Source of the DNA: a virus
Taxonomy: Duplodnaviria > Caudoviricetes
Reading direction: 5' to 3' (one strand)
Length of the DNA: 32,633 bases
Virus record (IMG/VR): IMGVR_UViG_3300042940_001617
Coordinates: 1 to 32,633 of that record
Shown here: one piece after another, positions 1-8,129 of the stretch
Position numbering within the stretch: the stretch's first letter is position 1
Layout: every line of letters starts with the position of its first letter
The notes under the pieces: model-generated
Databases searched by the model: none
What the model saw: only the letters and a program-made list of their open reading frames with translations
What the model was told of the DNA's origin: nothing
Made by a program: the position numbers and the translations under genes

Positions 1-1
1 T

Positions 2-370
2 GCCACTCGAATCGTCGCCCCGATGATGCCGGATATTCCAATCGTGTTTCTGTGTCCGACTCTTCCCTGCGTTCGAGACGAACACCTGAAGAATGGATTG
101 AAAGCGCGTCGTACTGGCTGCGAGTCGCTTCGGCAGAGAACTGAAAACACGAAGAGGTTCTGCGAACATCTGACAGTGAAGGCTGCAGAACGCGAGATAC
201 CATGCGTTTCAATCAATGACTGGATCGAAAATCCTGTGACGGGATTACTCACCGAAGGGCTTTACCGTTCCTGCGGTGATCACCACCTGAAATATCGGAG
301 TGTTTATGGCTACTGGCTCGCAAAAATCGAAAAGTACAACTCGTGGAACTCAGCCGATCAGTGCGGTTGA
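2..370 (+). CDS. 5'-truncated hypothetical protein, possibly SGNH/GDSL hydrolase-like C-terminus
   Basis: Frame open from position 2; IPIVFL...IPCVSINDW...GDHH resembles the SGNH block V D-x-x-H region. Confidence 0.4.
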   Translation, partial: ATRIVAPMMPDIPIVFLCPTLPCVRDEHLKNGLKARRTGCESLRQRTENTKRFCEHLTVKAAEREIPCVSINDWIENPVTGLLTEGLYRSCGDHHLKYRSVYGYWLAKIEKYNSWNSADQCG

Positions 371-857
371 ATGGGTGCCCCGGGAATCAATTCGGCCAAA
401 CGAATACAACCCGAACGCACAGGCACCACCAGAACACAAGCTGCTGAGAATCAGTATCCTGACAGATGGGTGGACTCAGCCAATCGTGGTGCATGACGAT
501 GGCACCGGAGAGAAGCCGGTGATTGTCGACGGAGAACATCGCTGGCGAGTCTCAGCAGATCCGGAAGTTTCAGCGAAGACTGACGGGCTGATTCCGATCG
601 TGCGAGTCAAAGGCACCCCGAGTTCTCTGATGATGTCTACAGTGCGTCACAATCGCGCACGCGGGGAACATGGAATCCTGCCGATGTCTCGGATCGTCCG
701 CGAACTGATCGAAGCTGGGAACGACGTGCAGGACATTTGCTTCCTGATGCAGATGGAACCGGAAGAAGTCCTGCGGCTCGGTGAGCGTGCAGGACTTCCG
801 GAGATCACTGGCAGGATGAGAGAAGCCTTCTCAAGTGGCTGGATTCCAGGCGGCTGA
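306..857 (+). CDS. ParB/Srx-like N-terminal domain protein (IbrB-like)
   Basis: VEWVPRESIRPNEYNPN, GWTQPIVV, IVDGEHRW and STVRHNRARG motifs; GGAG 5 nt before ATG 306. Confidence 0.85.
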   Translation: MATGSQKSKSTTRGTQPISAVEWVPRESIRPNEYNPNAQAPPEHKLLRISILTDGWTQPIVVHDDGTGEKPVIVDGEHRWRVSADPEVSAKTDGLIPIVRVKGTPSSLMMSTVRHNRARGEHGILPMSRIVRELIEAGNDVQDICFLMQMEPEEVLRLGERAGLPEITGRMREAFSSGWIPGG

Positions 858-858
858 T

Positions 859-1086
859 TCACTCAACAACCGAAACGAACTGGTAGGCGTACAGGTCAAA
901 CTGAGGATAGAAGTATTTGGCACACTTCCGAGTCTCGTCCTCGAAGTCTCTGCGGGTGATCAGCGTCAGTGATTGCTTCGGCGCTCTGACTGAGATACTA
1001 AGCGGGACCGTCAACCAGCTCATTGTTTGCTGGCGAATCAATCGGGCGTTCACGTTTACCACTTGATAGGCGTCGTCCTGATTCAC
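859..1086 (-). CDS. hypothetical protein
   Basis: GTGA start/stop overlap with the upstream gene; ends convergent with the ParB-like gene. Confidence 0.5.
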   Translation of the reverse strand: MNQDDAYQVVNVNARLIRQQTMSWLTVPLSISVRAPKQSLTLITRRDFEDETRKCAKYFYPQFDLYAYQFVSVVE

Positions 1087-1649
1087 TGTGGAATCCTCAC
1101 GTATTTGGCGGGAGTGGAGAAGAGTCGATCCGGTCCAGAGAAGGCAGTCTGCCTGACCTTGATCTTACCGGATGTCCGAACGATCCCATTGAAGAAAGCC
1201 GGATACCAGCGGTGAATCCCGTTGCGGTCGTGCAGCTGAACTTCAATGCGGTCTCCGACTCTCAGCCGGTGCAGTCCGGATTCTTCCATCGTCTGGAAGT
1301 TCTCATTCTGCTGCTTGCTCTGAACTCCTCGGTTGTGCTGCCTGATCTCTGCAATTCTTGCTGTGCCCTGCTGCACAGCTTCCTGTCGGGGCACTGCGGC
1401 TTTCCGAGTCAGCTTGACCAGCGATCTGCCGATCTTCCAGATGGTCGTTCCTGATTGAACCTTGAGCACTTCGACACCAGCTTCCCCGCCGTACATCTCG
1501 TTCAGCTGTCGGCGTCGGCCCCGGAATTCCTTGTAGTGGAATCCGATCACGATTCCCTTCTGCATTCCTTTGTGCCGTCCGCGAGTCCCGCCACTGAAGG
1601 TGACTTCATCGCCGATCTCAATTGCTGTTGTCGCGCTGGTCTGTGTCAT
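1083..1649 (-). CDS. hypothetical protein with two SH3/KOW-like beta segments
   Basis: ATG 1649 lies just after a terminator and an AGGA; IEIGDEVTF and LRVGDRIEV motifs. Confidence 0.65.
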   Translation of the reverse strand: MTQTSATTAIEIGDEVTFSGGTRGRHKGMQKGIVIGFHYKEFRGRRRQLNEMYGGEAGVEVLKVQSGTTIWKIGRSLVKLTRKAAVPRQEAVQQGTARIAEIRQHNRGVQSKQQNENFQTMEESGLHRLRVGDRIEVQLHDRNGIHRWYPAFFNGIVRTSGKIKVRQTAFSGPDRLFSTPAKYVRIPQ

Positions 1650-1676
1650 TGGTAAAGTCCTGAGAGAAAGAGTGAG

Positions 1677-1715
1677 GAAAAATCCAGTCTCAAACCGCCG
1701 GTGTGAGACTGGATT
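1677..1715 (-). terminator. intrinsic terminator
   Basis: AATCCAGTCTCA / TGAGACTGGATT inverted repeat followed by a T run on the minus strand. Confidence 0.75.
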
Positions 1716-1728
1716 CAGGAAAACAATA

Positions 1729-2064
1729 TCAAGCCTTGTACTCCGGAATCCGCTCGATCTTCGCGTCAATCGCGTCGACTAGCGAGTCAACGTAGATGTC
1801 AGTCAGGACTTCCTTGACCGTGCCCCGGTTCGATGTCAGATACGCGTCAAAGAGATCGCTGTAGTTCACAACGATGTAGACGTGGCCGCGATGATGATTC
1901 CCGTTCACTGTGAATCGAAGACAGTTGTTATTCATCTTCGTCCAGGCATGGGCACCCCATGACCAGACCGTCTGAAGTCGGCTGAGTGATTTCACCAGCT
2001 CATTCATCGTGGGGAAGGCGACATGCGTATTCAGGAAAGAGGCGGGGTTGATCTTGTCTGCCAT
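1729..2064 (-). CDS. hypothetical protein of mobile-element type
   Basis: 111-aa ORF with AAAGGA RBS, its own promoter and terminator; LRFTVNG..HRGHVYI...DLFD...DIYVDSLVDAID pattern. Confidence 0.8.
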   Translation of the reverse strand: MADKINPASFLNTHVAFPTMNELVKSLSRLQTVWSWGAHAWTKMNNNCLRFTVNGNHHRGHVYIVVNYSDLFDAYLTSNRGTVKEVLTDIYVDSLVDAIDAKIERIPEYKA

Positions 2065-2113
2065 GATTCAGGATTCCTTTGTGAAGTTGTTTGATTCCCT
2101 GTCTGCCGGATGC

Positions 2114-2142
2114 AATGTATGTAGATTATCGGGCAGGTGCAA
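2114..2142 (-). promoter_or_regulatory. sigma70-type early promoter TTGCAC-17-TACATT
   Basis: Exact 17-nt spacing; 18 nt (2114-2131) identical to 4988-5005. Confidence 0.75.
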
Positions 2143-2144
2143 GC

Positions 2145-2378
2145 CTACTCCTGAATGAATCTATTTATAATTGGAAGATTTCTGGAAATAGCCGTTTCTG
2201 CGTCATCCGGCTGAATCTCTGGTCTGACTCCCAGACCCTTCAGGCGACGCTCAACCGTGTCATTGATGGCACGCATCTCGTCGGCAGTCTTGTACAACCA
2301 GCGGTCCCGTTCTTCCTGTGTGTACTTGCCGTTGTCGTGCTTTGGCTTTGCTCTCGGCCTCTTCGGCAGTCGGCTCAT
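2145..2378 (-). CDS. hypothetical basic protein
   Basis: ATGA overlap with the upstream stop at 2375-2377. Confidence 0.55.
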   Translation of the reverse strand: MSRLPKRPRAKPKHDNGKYTQEERDRWLYKTADEMRAINDTVERRLKGLGVRPEIQPDDAETAISRNLPIINRFIQE

Positions 2379-2842
2379 TTCTCGATCTTCCTTTTGCCGG
2401 TGCAGCGTGGATATCCCAGGCATCCCAGAAACGTACCATAAGGCCCACTGCGCTGCTTCATTGGTCCACCACATGCCGGACATTCAATAACCGGCTCGGA
2501 CAGCACAGCAGCGATCCTGAGAAGCAGGTTGTCACGCCATGTCTGAATCCGGTTGACTCGCTTCTGTTTCCCGATGGGTCTGGAATTGCCATCGCGATCC
2601 CAGAACACCCGAACGACCTTGATTGCATCCTGTCCAACGTCCCGAGCCCCGCAGTTGGGCACGATTGATGAGTACACCCGAACGGAATACCGATCATCAA
2701 TCGGGGCATCGTACACCAATTCGTGACAGCCCTTCTGTTTGAATGGAACGAAGGCGAGACCCGAGACCGGCTCGCCGTCATTCATCCCGAGGGCGTCCTC
2801 GAACTCATGCTGGCTGATATGGCAGTAATCTCTCGCGCTCAT
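2375..2842 (-). CDS. protein with C-terminal topoisomerase-type C4 zinc ribbon
   Basis: CPACGGPMKQRSGPYGTFLGCLGYPRC; ATGA overlap with the GGCT stop. Confidence 0.8.
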   Translation of the reverse strand: MSARDYCHISQHEFEDALGMNDGEPVSGLAFVPFKQKGCHELVYDAPIDDRYSVRVYSSIVPNCGARDVGQDAIKVVRVFWDRDGNSRPIGKQKRVNRIQTWRDNLLLRIAAVLSEPVIECPACGGPMKQRSGPYGTFLGCLGYPRCTGKRKIEK

Positions 2843-3267
2843 TGGAATGTTGCTCCGTTCCACCGGCCTGCAGGAACCTCAGTCAACTCGCTGGTGACTC
2901 TGGCATCGGAATACACATAAACATACGCCGTCATCCTGTTCACTCCGAGATCAACAACGGGGCATGAGTCCCGATAGTAATGATTCGGAACACCTTCAAG
3001 CCGATCAAGTCGCTGAAGTGTCTCCGGACTCACTTCATAGACTTCTCCGAAGATGAAGTACCCGCTCTGGTCTGGAACGATCATCGGAAACCAGCCATTG
3101 CAGAACATCCGGTACCGCTTTGCGGTCCATCCCGTCATCAACCGTTTACTTCCGCTCAGAAGATGATGATTCGGCTGGCCAGATTTCAGAGTTCCGTACA
3201 CGAATACCCGAGACGGGAAGACGGTCTCGGCGTTTACGGTCTCAGTCTTTTTGAAGTCGGTTCTCAT
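2839..3267 (-). CDS. gamma-glutamylcyclotransferase (AIG2/YtfP/GGACT-like)
   Basis: VFVYGTLKSG..NH, GEVYEV and LDRLEG...YYR motifs. Confidence 0.9.
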   Translation of the reverse strand: MRTDFKKTETVNAETVFPSRVFVYGTLKSGQPNHHLLSGSKRLMTGWTAKRYRMFCNGWFPMIVPDQSGYFIFGEVYEVSPETLQRLDRLEGVPNHYYRDSCPVVDLGVNRMTAYVYVYSDARVTSELTEVPAGRWNGATFQ

Positions 3268-3276
3268 GATCGATCC

Positions 3277-3987
3277 TTAGAATAAAAGCTTGTCGGATGG
3301 AATGGCGATTGTGGTGATCTGAATCTTCTGCTTGTTGCCCTGGCTGAACACGACCTCGGTGAAGTTTCGCTGCTCATAGTACGCCTGAACTTCGATGCCA
3401 GCGATGCTACAGCCGGTCACCAGATGATTCAGTTCGCTCGAATAGACAACTCCCCGCCCGTCCTTCGTCAACGCATAAGCGAGTGGCCTGTTGTGCCGAC
3501 AGAGCGACAGGATATACGAAGGATCTTTCGTATCGAAATACGCGAGTGTCAGTGATCCTTCAGCCGGTCCCAGATGTCCGTGATTGGCGAGAGACCAGAC
3601 CAGATACTGCGAATCGACTTCAAACTCTTTGCCGGTCCAGTGTCTCATCCGATTGACGTTGTTCACAACGCCATTGTGAGTCGCCACGATGGAACCGAAT
3701 CGGAATGGATGGGAGTTGGCATTCTTGACATCGCCGTGAGTTGCATGGCGGCAGTGGCCAATCGTCGTCAGCGATGGAATCTTAAGCGCCTCACCGAATG
3801 CCTGTCGCTGAATAAAGTCTCTGGCAGGCACGGCGCTCTTGACGATCTCATGAGTCCCTTCAGTAGTCAGGATGCCGATGCCGGTTGAGTGTGTACCCCG
3901 GGAGATATTGAGGATCGCGAGCGATGCAATCAGTGAGTGTTTTTTGCCTTTGGGGATGTATCCCGCACAGCCGAAGAGTCCGCACAT
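3277..3987 (-). CDS. class II (Ntn) glutamine amidotransferase
   Basis: N-terminal MCGLFG, RG.HSTG, GHCRHATHG, NSHPF, HNG and VDS motifs. Confidence 0.92.
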   Translation of the reverse strand: MCGLFGCAGYIPKGKKHSLIASLAILNISRGTHSTGIGILTTEGTHEIVKSAVPARDFIQRQAFGEALKIPSLTTIGHCRHATHGDVKNANSHPFRFGSIVATHNGVVNNVNRMRHWTGKEFEVDSQYLVWSLANHGHLGPAEGSLTLAYFDTKDPSYILSLCRHNRPLAYALTKDGRGVVYSSELNHLVTGCSIAGIEVQAYYEQRNFTEVVFSQGNKQKIQITTIAIPSDKLLF

Positions 3988-4022
3988 GATGAAGTTCCTG
4001 TGATCAGAAGTGGTGAAGAATT

Positions 4023-4042
4023 CGGGGGTCGGTTGACCCCCG
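4023..4042. other. intergenic 8-bp GC-rich hairpin
   Basis: CGGGGGTC-GGTT-GACCCCCG between the amidoligase and GATase genes; only a weak U tail. Confidence 0.55.
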
Positions 4043-4056
4043 GGAAGCGGTTTGAA

Positions 4057-4920
4057 TTACTGGCCGATTGACCGTGCGATTGAAGCAGCTGCTGCAACTG
4101 AAGCATCGTACTTCGCTGTCATGCGAAGCAGTTCGCTTCGGATGAATCGGCGAGTCGGCAGACCTTCGCCGTTTGCTTCCGGATGGAAGTTGCCGCGTGC
4201 TACTGTCTTGTCCTTGCCAATCCATCGCATTGTTGCGAAGAATCGTTTCAGTGATTCTGTTGCTGTCTCTTCTTCAGTGTGATTGAATGGTCGGATACGT
4301 CCATCCAGTGCGACTTCAACCGCTGCCAAACACATCTGAATCCATCCGAGGATTTTTGCTGAGTTGAGTGATGCTGAGAAGCATCGAAATTCAACTCGGT
4401 TGCCGCCGTTGGCGATATGAGTCAGATTCAGGATGTGGTACCGGCCTGAGATCGACGCCGCGCGATTGATAACTTTTTCTGCACTGCCATACTGCTTGAT
4501 CTTCCGGCAGTATGTTCCGTTCTCGCGATTCTTGGTGCCGGTTGAACCGTAAAAAGCTGACTCGAAATTCGCAACCAGATTGATCAGGCGAGCCAGTGCT
4601 GCCTGATCTCCGGTCCATTCAACCGTAACATGCACACCGCATGTTTCATTGACCTTCGCGTCCAGTTCCTTCAGCTTTGCAACAGCCTTAACAACGTTCT
4701 GAACTCCCTCGGTCCCTGAAAGAATCGGCGAAACGAATTCAGCAGGCTGTCGGCCAGCAGGAGCGTTGATCGATGAGTCCCGCTCACACTTCCACATCTT
4801 GCCATCAACTGCGGTTGGCAGCTGTGGGCAAAGATCACCAGCGTGATATCGGCCAACGCTGACTGCTGACAGGCTCGGGATATGTGTTTCGATTTCGATT
4901 CCGAATTTCAGGTTTCGCAC
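4057..4920 (-). CDS. putative amidoligase (COOH-NH2 ligase, Amidoligase_2-like)
   Basis: FGIEIE, DSSI, EFVSPIL, TCGVHV, RYHILNL and RVEFR motifs. Confidence 0.88.
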   Translation of the reverse strand: MRNLKFGIEIETHIPSLSAVSVGRYHAGDLCPQLPTAVDGKMWKCERDSSINAPAGRQPAEFVSPILSGTEGVQNVVKAVAKLKELDAKVNETCGVHVTVEWTGDQAALARLINLVANFESAFYGSTGTKNRENGTYCRKIKQYGSAEKVINRAASISGRYHILNLTHIANGGNRVEFRCFSASLNSAKILGWIQMCLAAVEVALDGRIRPFNHTEEETATESLKRFFATMRWIGKDKTVARGNFHPEANGEGLPTRRFIRSELLRMTAKYDASVAAAASIARSIGQ

Positions 4921-4987
4921 GGTGAAGTGCTTTCTGATTTGATGAAGGATTGTTTCGCGTCAGGCATCATTCATGTCTGATGGGTGG

Positions 4988-5016
4988 AATGTATGTAGAT
5001 TATCGCCGCGATGCAA
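4988..5016 (-). promoter_or_regulatory. sigma70-type early promoter TTGCAT-17-TACATT
   Basis: 17-nt spacing; AT-rich upstream region with palindrome AAATCTA-TG-TAGATTT (5031-5046). Confidence 0.75.
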
Positions 5017-5093
5017 TCCCTCTCTGAAGAAAATCTATGTAGATTTCTGAAAATAATCAAAACCCCCCACAAAATGCAGGAAAATCAGGGCGT

Positions 5094-5126
5094 AAAAAAT
5101 CCCTGCCAGTTACCGCTGGCAGGGAT
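5094..5126 (-). terminator. intrinsic terminator
   Basis: ATCCCTGCCAG / CTGGCAGGGAT stem then a T run on the minus strand; second hairpin at 5131-5154. Confidence 0.8.
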
Positions 5127-5154
5127 CTCCGCGACTACTCGGGGGCGTAGTCGC

Positions 5155-5373
5155 TCAACTCGGTCTGATTCCCTTTGCTCCGCGCTCGCCGCGCACGGAG
5201 TTCCTGAATCGTCCTCGTTTGCACTCGTACTCAATCAGCTTGTTGACTGCTTCGGCGATGAACGCACTCATGTTCTCACGGCCGGTTCGATCCATATGCT
5301 GTCGCCATGCGTCAACCCACTGAGCAGGCTGAGTTACGGTGATTGGTTTTGACTTCATGATTTTTGCAGACAT
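5155..5373 (-). CDS. ribbon-helix-helix-like DNA-binding protein
   Basis: PITVTQP (beta) - helix - NMSAFIAEAV (helix) pattern; GAGGT RBS before ATG 5373. Confidence 0.6.
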   Translation of the reverse strand: MSAKIMKSKPITVTQPAQWVDAWRQHMDRTGRENMSAFIAEAVNKLIEYECKRGRFRNSVRGERGAKGIRPS

Positions 5374-5375
5374 GG

Positions 5376-5585
5376 TTACCTCACTACGATTCCGAGTCGA
5401 TGTTGCCGACATTTCTTGATGTGTTTTTCTGCCTTGCCGGGAGTCGGAAACCCTTCAGGCGATTTCATGAACTCAGCGAAGCCTTCGTAAAGGTCTTCGA
5501 GATCATATTCAGCCAGTGCCATTGACCACAGTTCCAAGTCGATGATGCCGAACTTCTTGTTGAACGCCGAGCTGACGAGAATCAT
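5376..5585 (-). CDS. possible helicase loader/inhibitor-like small protein (frame stays open up to 5927)
   Basis: LWSMALAEYD...FPTPG pattern typical of genes following phage initiators; start uncertain. Confidence 0.45.
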   Translation of the reverse strand: MILVSSAFNKKFGIIDLELWSMALAEYDLEDLYEGFAEFMKSPEGFPTPGKAEKHIKKCRQHRLGIVVR

Positions 5586-5955
5586 CTGACTGCCGAAGCC
5601 ATTCCTCCACCGCTCGTTTTGTAAATTCTGCTGCCGTCGATCCTGCACTGAGGAAAGAGTTGACGGCAGCTGCGGACTCAACTTCAAAGTCGTCGATTGA
5701 CTCCCAGCATCTCCCGACAAGCCAGGTGGTGGCGTGTGGGATGAACTGCGGTTCTGTGTTTCGGCGGCTGTGGGCTGTTGCATATCTTCGGGCTGCGTCG
5801 ATGATTTTCGCTGCTGGTGTCTTTCTCGCCAGCGCTTCAGCGAATCGCCGAGACGCATTGAACTTGCTTCCTCGTCGGAACGGATAGACTGACCAGAACT
5901 CTTCGAACTCTGCTGAGTATCCGTCATCGCTTTTTACCTTTCTTTGTCGGCTCAC
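5509..5955 (-). CDS. phage replication initiator / replisome-organiser C-terminal-type domain protein
   Basis: FEEFWSVYP...K..A...F...QFIPHATTWL...WE motif; GAGGAG upstream of GTG 5955. Confidence 0.7.
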   Translation of the reverse strand: MSRQRKVKSDDGYSAEFEEFWSVYPFRRGSKFNASRRFAEALARKTPAAKIIDAARRYATAHSRRNTEPQFIPHATTWLVGRCWESIDDFEVESAAAVNSFLSAGSTAAEFTKRAVEEWLRQSDDSRQLGVQQEVRHHRLGTVVNGTG

Positions 5956-6115
5956 TGCTCATCAACTCCTCTCTAAAGATCCTGACTTCCGGGGGTGCGT
6001 CAAAACCCAGCTTTACACTTCCTCGTTTGTCGATGTCAGTCACAAGGATTCTCATGGTGACACCAGCAATGGTGACGATGATCGCTTCATCGGTTTTTCT
6101 TGACAGGTTTAACAC
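5924..6115 (-). CDS. csrA: CsrA/RsmA-family RNA-binding protein
   Basis: (M)LNLSRKTDEAI...VKLGFDAPPEVRIFREEL matches the CsrA signature. Confidence 0.88.
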   Translation of the reverse strand: MLNLSRKTDEAIIVTIAGVTMRILVTDIDKRGSVKLGFDAPPEVRIFREELMSSEPTKKGKKR

Positions 6116-6581
6116 TGGCTGTTCTTTCTCTAAAAGATGATGCCACTCGAGCATACAGAGCTATCAGCATCGCGTCTGCAGTTGCGTGAGTGATTGATAG
6201 TTTCGGCCAGATCCTCTGTGCCGCTTCCTTCGTAATGTTCTTGTCTCCCTTTGTGAGACACCTCAATTCCTTCTGCCATGTCTGAGGAGTGATCATCTCA
6301 AAGGGAATCCTGTGAGCAACCAGAAGCCCCTGACAGAATCCATACGACACGCCGAACTTGAAGCCGGAAACAACTCCCTGCTTCGGCATCGCGTGAACTC
6401 TTTCGATGACAGCACCCATGATGTGGTACTGTTCAATCTTCTCAGCCAGCCAGCTGCTCACATCCTGCGGAGTTTCAGTCAGCTTGATCACAGAGATATC
6501 ATACCCATGATCGTAAACAGCAATCGCCCCGGATGCCCCGGGGTCGATTCCAATCCATCCCACTTTTCTGATCGGTTCCAT
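6087..6581 (-). CDS. RuvC-like Holliday junction resolvase
   Basis: IGIDPG, IERV, FG.SYG, PQTWQK and ADAMLIA catalytic motifs. Confidence 0.85.
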   Translation of the reverse strand: MEPIRKVGWIGIDPGASGAIAVYDHGYDISVIKLTETPQDVSSWLAEKIEQYHIMGAVIERVHAMPKQGVVSGFKFGVSYGFCQGLLVAHRIPFEMITPQTWQKELRCLTKGDKNITKEAAQRIWPKLSITHATADAMLIALYARVASSFRERTASVKPVKKNR

Positions 6582-6661
6582 CACTGATCCTTTCTGAAGA
6601 AAAAAGCGCTCGACCACCCCTCATTCGTACGGGGTCTTTCCGCAGTCCTGCGGTAGCCGAA

Positions 6662-6704
6662 GTGACTGCCGGGGAATCGAACCCCGGATATGCCAGCCAG
6701 TCAC
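6662..6704 (-). ncRNA. tRNA-like minihelix (acceptor stem + T-arm; no D or anticodon arm)
   Basis: GTGACTG-10 nt-CCGGGG-TTCGATT-CCCCGG-CAGTCAC on the transcribed strand. Confidence 0.6.
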
Positions 6705-6712
6705 AGGGATCG

Positions 6713-7285
6713 TCAGAATGGCACTGTGTCGTCTTCGTATCTTCCGGGGGTCGATTCATCAGGCTCAGGCTCGGAAGCCTTTGGCGGGGCATCCTGACGC
6801 GGCTTCGGTGGCGCTGAATCTGCCGAAGCTGTCTCCCGGAGTTCCTTCGACAGCAGGGCGTTCAGCTTTTTCTTGATGCCAGGCTTTGACTCCAGTTCCT
6901 TGTGCTCCACTGGTGGTGGAACAAGGTCAAAGTTGTCGTAAGTCTTCCCGGCGTTCTTGCCCTCTCCGGCCTGATGCTCGTTGATGATGATGATCTTCTG
7001 ACCGACCATGTCAAAATCTTCGAAGTTCTTTCCCTCCCATCCAGCATATCGCAACTTCCGGATGTTGAACGCTCGCTGCTTTTCAGTCGCGAACACCACC
7101 CGAACAGTCACTGGATACTGATTGCTTTCGGCTGGAACATACTCAGCATGACCAGTGCCGTATCCCAGAATCTTCCGATGGACTTTGCATTCCATCTCGA
7201 TCATCGGATTTCCGTTCTTCGTCTCGTTGAAAGCGTGATCGATCACTTCCGCTTCGTACGCTGCTTTGTCTTGATATTTCGCCAT
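6713..7285 (-). CDS. single-stranded DNA-binding protein-like (DUF669-type)
   Basis: Follows the Sak4-like ATPase; acidic tail ending in EDDTVPF. Confidence 0.65.
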   Translation of the reverse strand: MAKYQDKAAYEAEVIDHAFNETKNGNPMIEMECKVHRKILGYGTGHAEYVPAESNQYPVTVRVVFATEKQRAFNIRKLRYAGWEGKNFEDFDMVGQKIIIINEHQAGEGKNAGKTYDNFDLVPPPVEHKELESKPGIKKKLNALLSKELRETASADSAPPKPRQDAPPKASEPEPDESTPGRYEDDTVPF

Positions 7286-7331
7286 GTAACTACTCCCCGA
7301 AAATACTTGATGATGAACTTCCCCGCGCGGA

Positions 7332-8129
7332 CTACTTCGCCCGCGCTTCCTTGATGACTGTGATCAGGTCATTCCATGCGTCCTTCGCGTTGCCTGAAAG
7401 CGGGTAGCCTTCAAGCGACTTCAGGCCACATCGGTTCTTCGCGTCAAATGCCGGAGTTCTGTTCGCGTACAGGTATCGCTCAGTTCCTCCGAGTCCCTTG
7501 CCCTTGTCTGCCTCCGTGTGATAGTTGAGAAAGAAGATGTTGTCTGCCCACTGCCGAGTCAGTTCAGAAATCGCGTCCTGCAGCTGGAGACTGTAGCGAT
7601 GGTAATCGCTGCCCTCCGGGTTCTTGAATGGTTGGACAACAGTATGTCCAAGCAACCAGATCTGAACTCCGTTCCGATTGATCCGGTCGAGTACCGCGAG
7701 GAACTCTCTCCAGACTGGAGTGCTGATTTTCACACCGTGACCGTAATCGGAATACCGGCTTCGGCTTCCCTTGCACTCTGTCTCGATCAGGTGGTCAATC
7801 ATCAGATTCTGAGCAGTGCCGACGCTGTCAATGTGCAGCGACTTCATGTCAGGAATCTTCCCTTCTGCCACCAGTTCAAGGAACTGCATCAGGACAGGCC
7901 AGGACGAGAACGGATCGGCGTGAGGGATCTCAGGCACCAGCCCGTTATCAATCAAAGTCAGAAGACCCGTCTCACCGGCACACATGATGAAAAATGGTTT
8001 CATCGCGTGTGAGCAGAGAGATGTTTTCCCGACTCCTTCCACCCCATACAGGATGTTCTTTGAAGGGTGACCACTGCCCTTCGTCTTGATGCTGCTCAGG
8101 AATTCTGCTGCTGTTTTTGAAACTGCCAT
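7332..8129 (-). CDS. AAA_24 / Sak4-like recombination ATPase
   Basis: Walker A GVEGVGKTS, LHIDS, LLGH and AFDAKNR motifs. Confidence 0.88.
   Translation of the reverse strand: MAVSKTAAEFLSSIKTKGSGHPSKNILYGVEGVGKTSLCSHAMKPFFIMCAGETGLLTLIDNGLVPEIPHADPFSSWPVLMQFLELVAEGKIPDMKSLHIDSVGTAQNLMIDHLIETECKGSRSRYSDYGHGVKISTPVWREFLAVLDRINRNGVQIWLLGHTVVQPFKNPEGSDYHRYSLQLQDAISELTRQWADNIFFLNYHTEADKGKGLGGTERYLYANRTPAFDAKNRCGLKSLEGYPLSGNAKDAWNDLITVIKEARAK

Noticed and set aside
5029-5048. AAATCTATGTAGATTTC resembles a Cas12a repeat stem (TCTAC...GTAGAT)
   Set aside because: No regularly spaced array, no proper loop and no cas genes; better explained as an operator-like palindrome.
6640-6720. Complete tRNA gene
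   Set aside because: Only 10 nt between the acceptor 5' strand and the T-arm, so no D or anticodon arm is possible.
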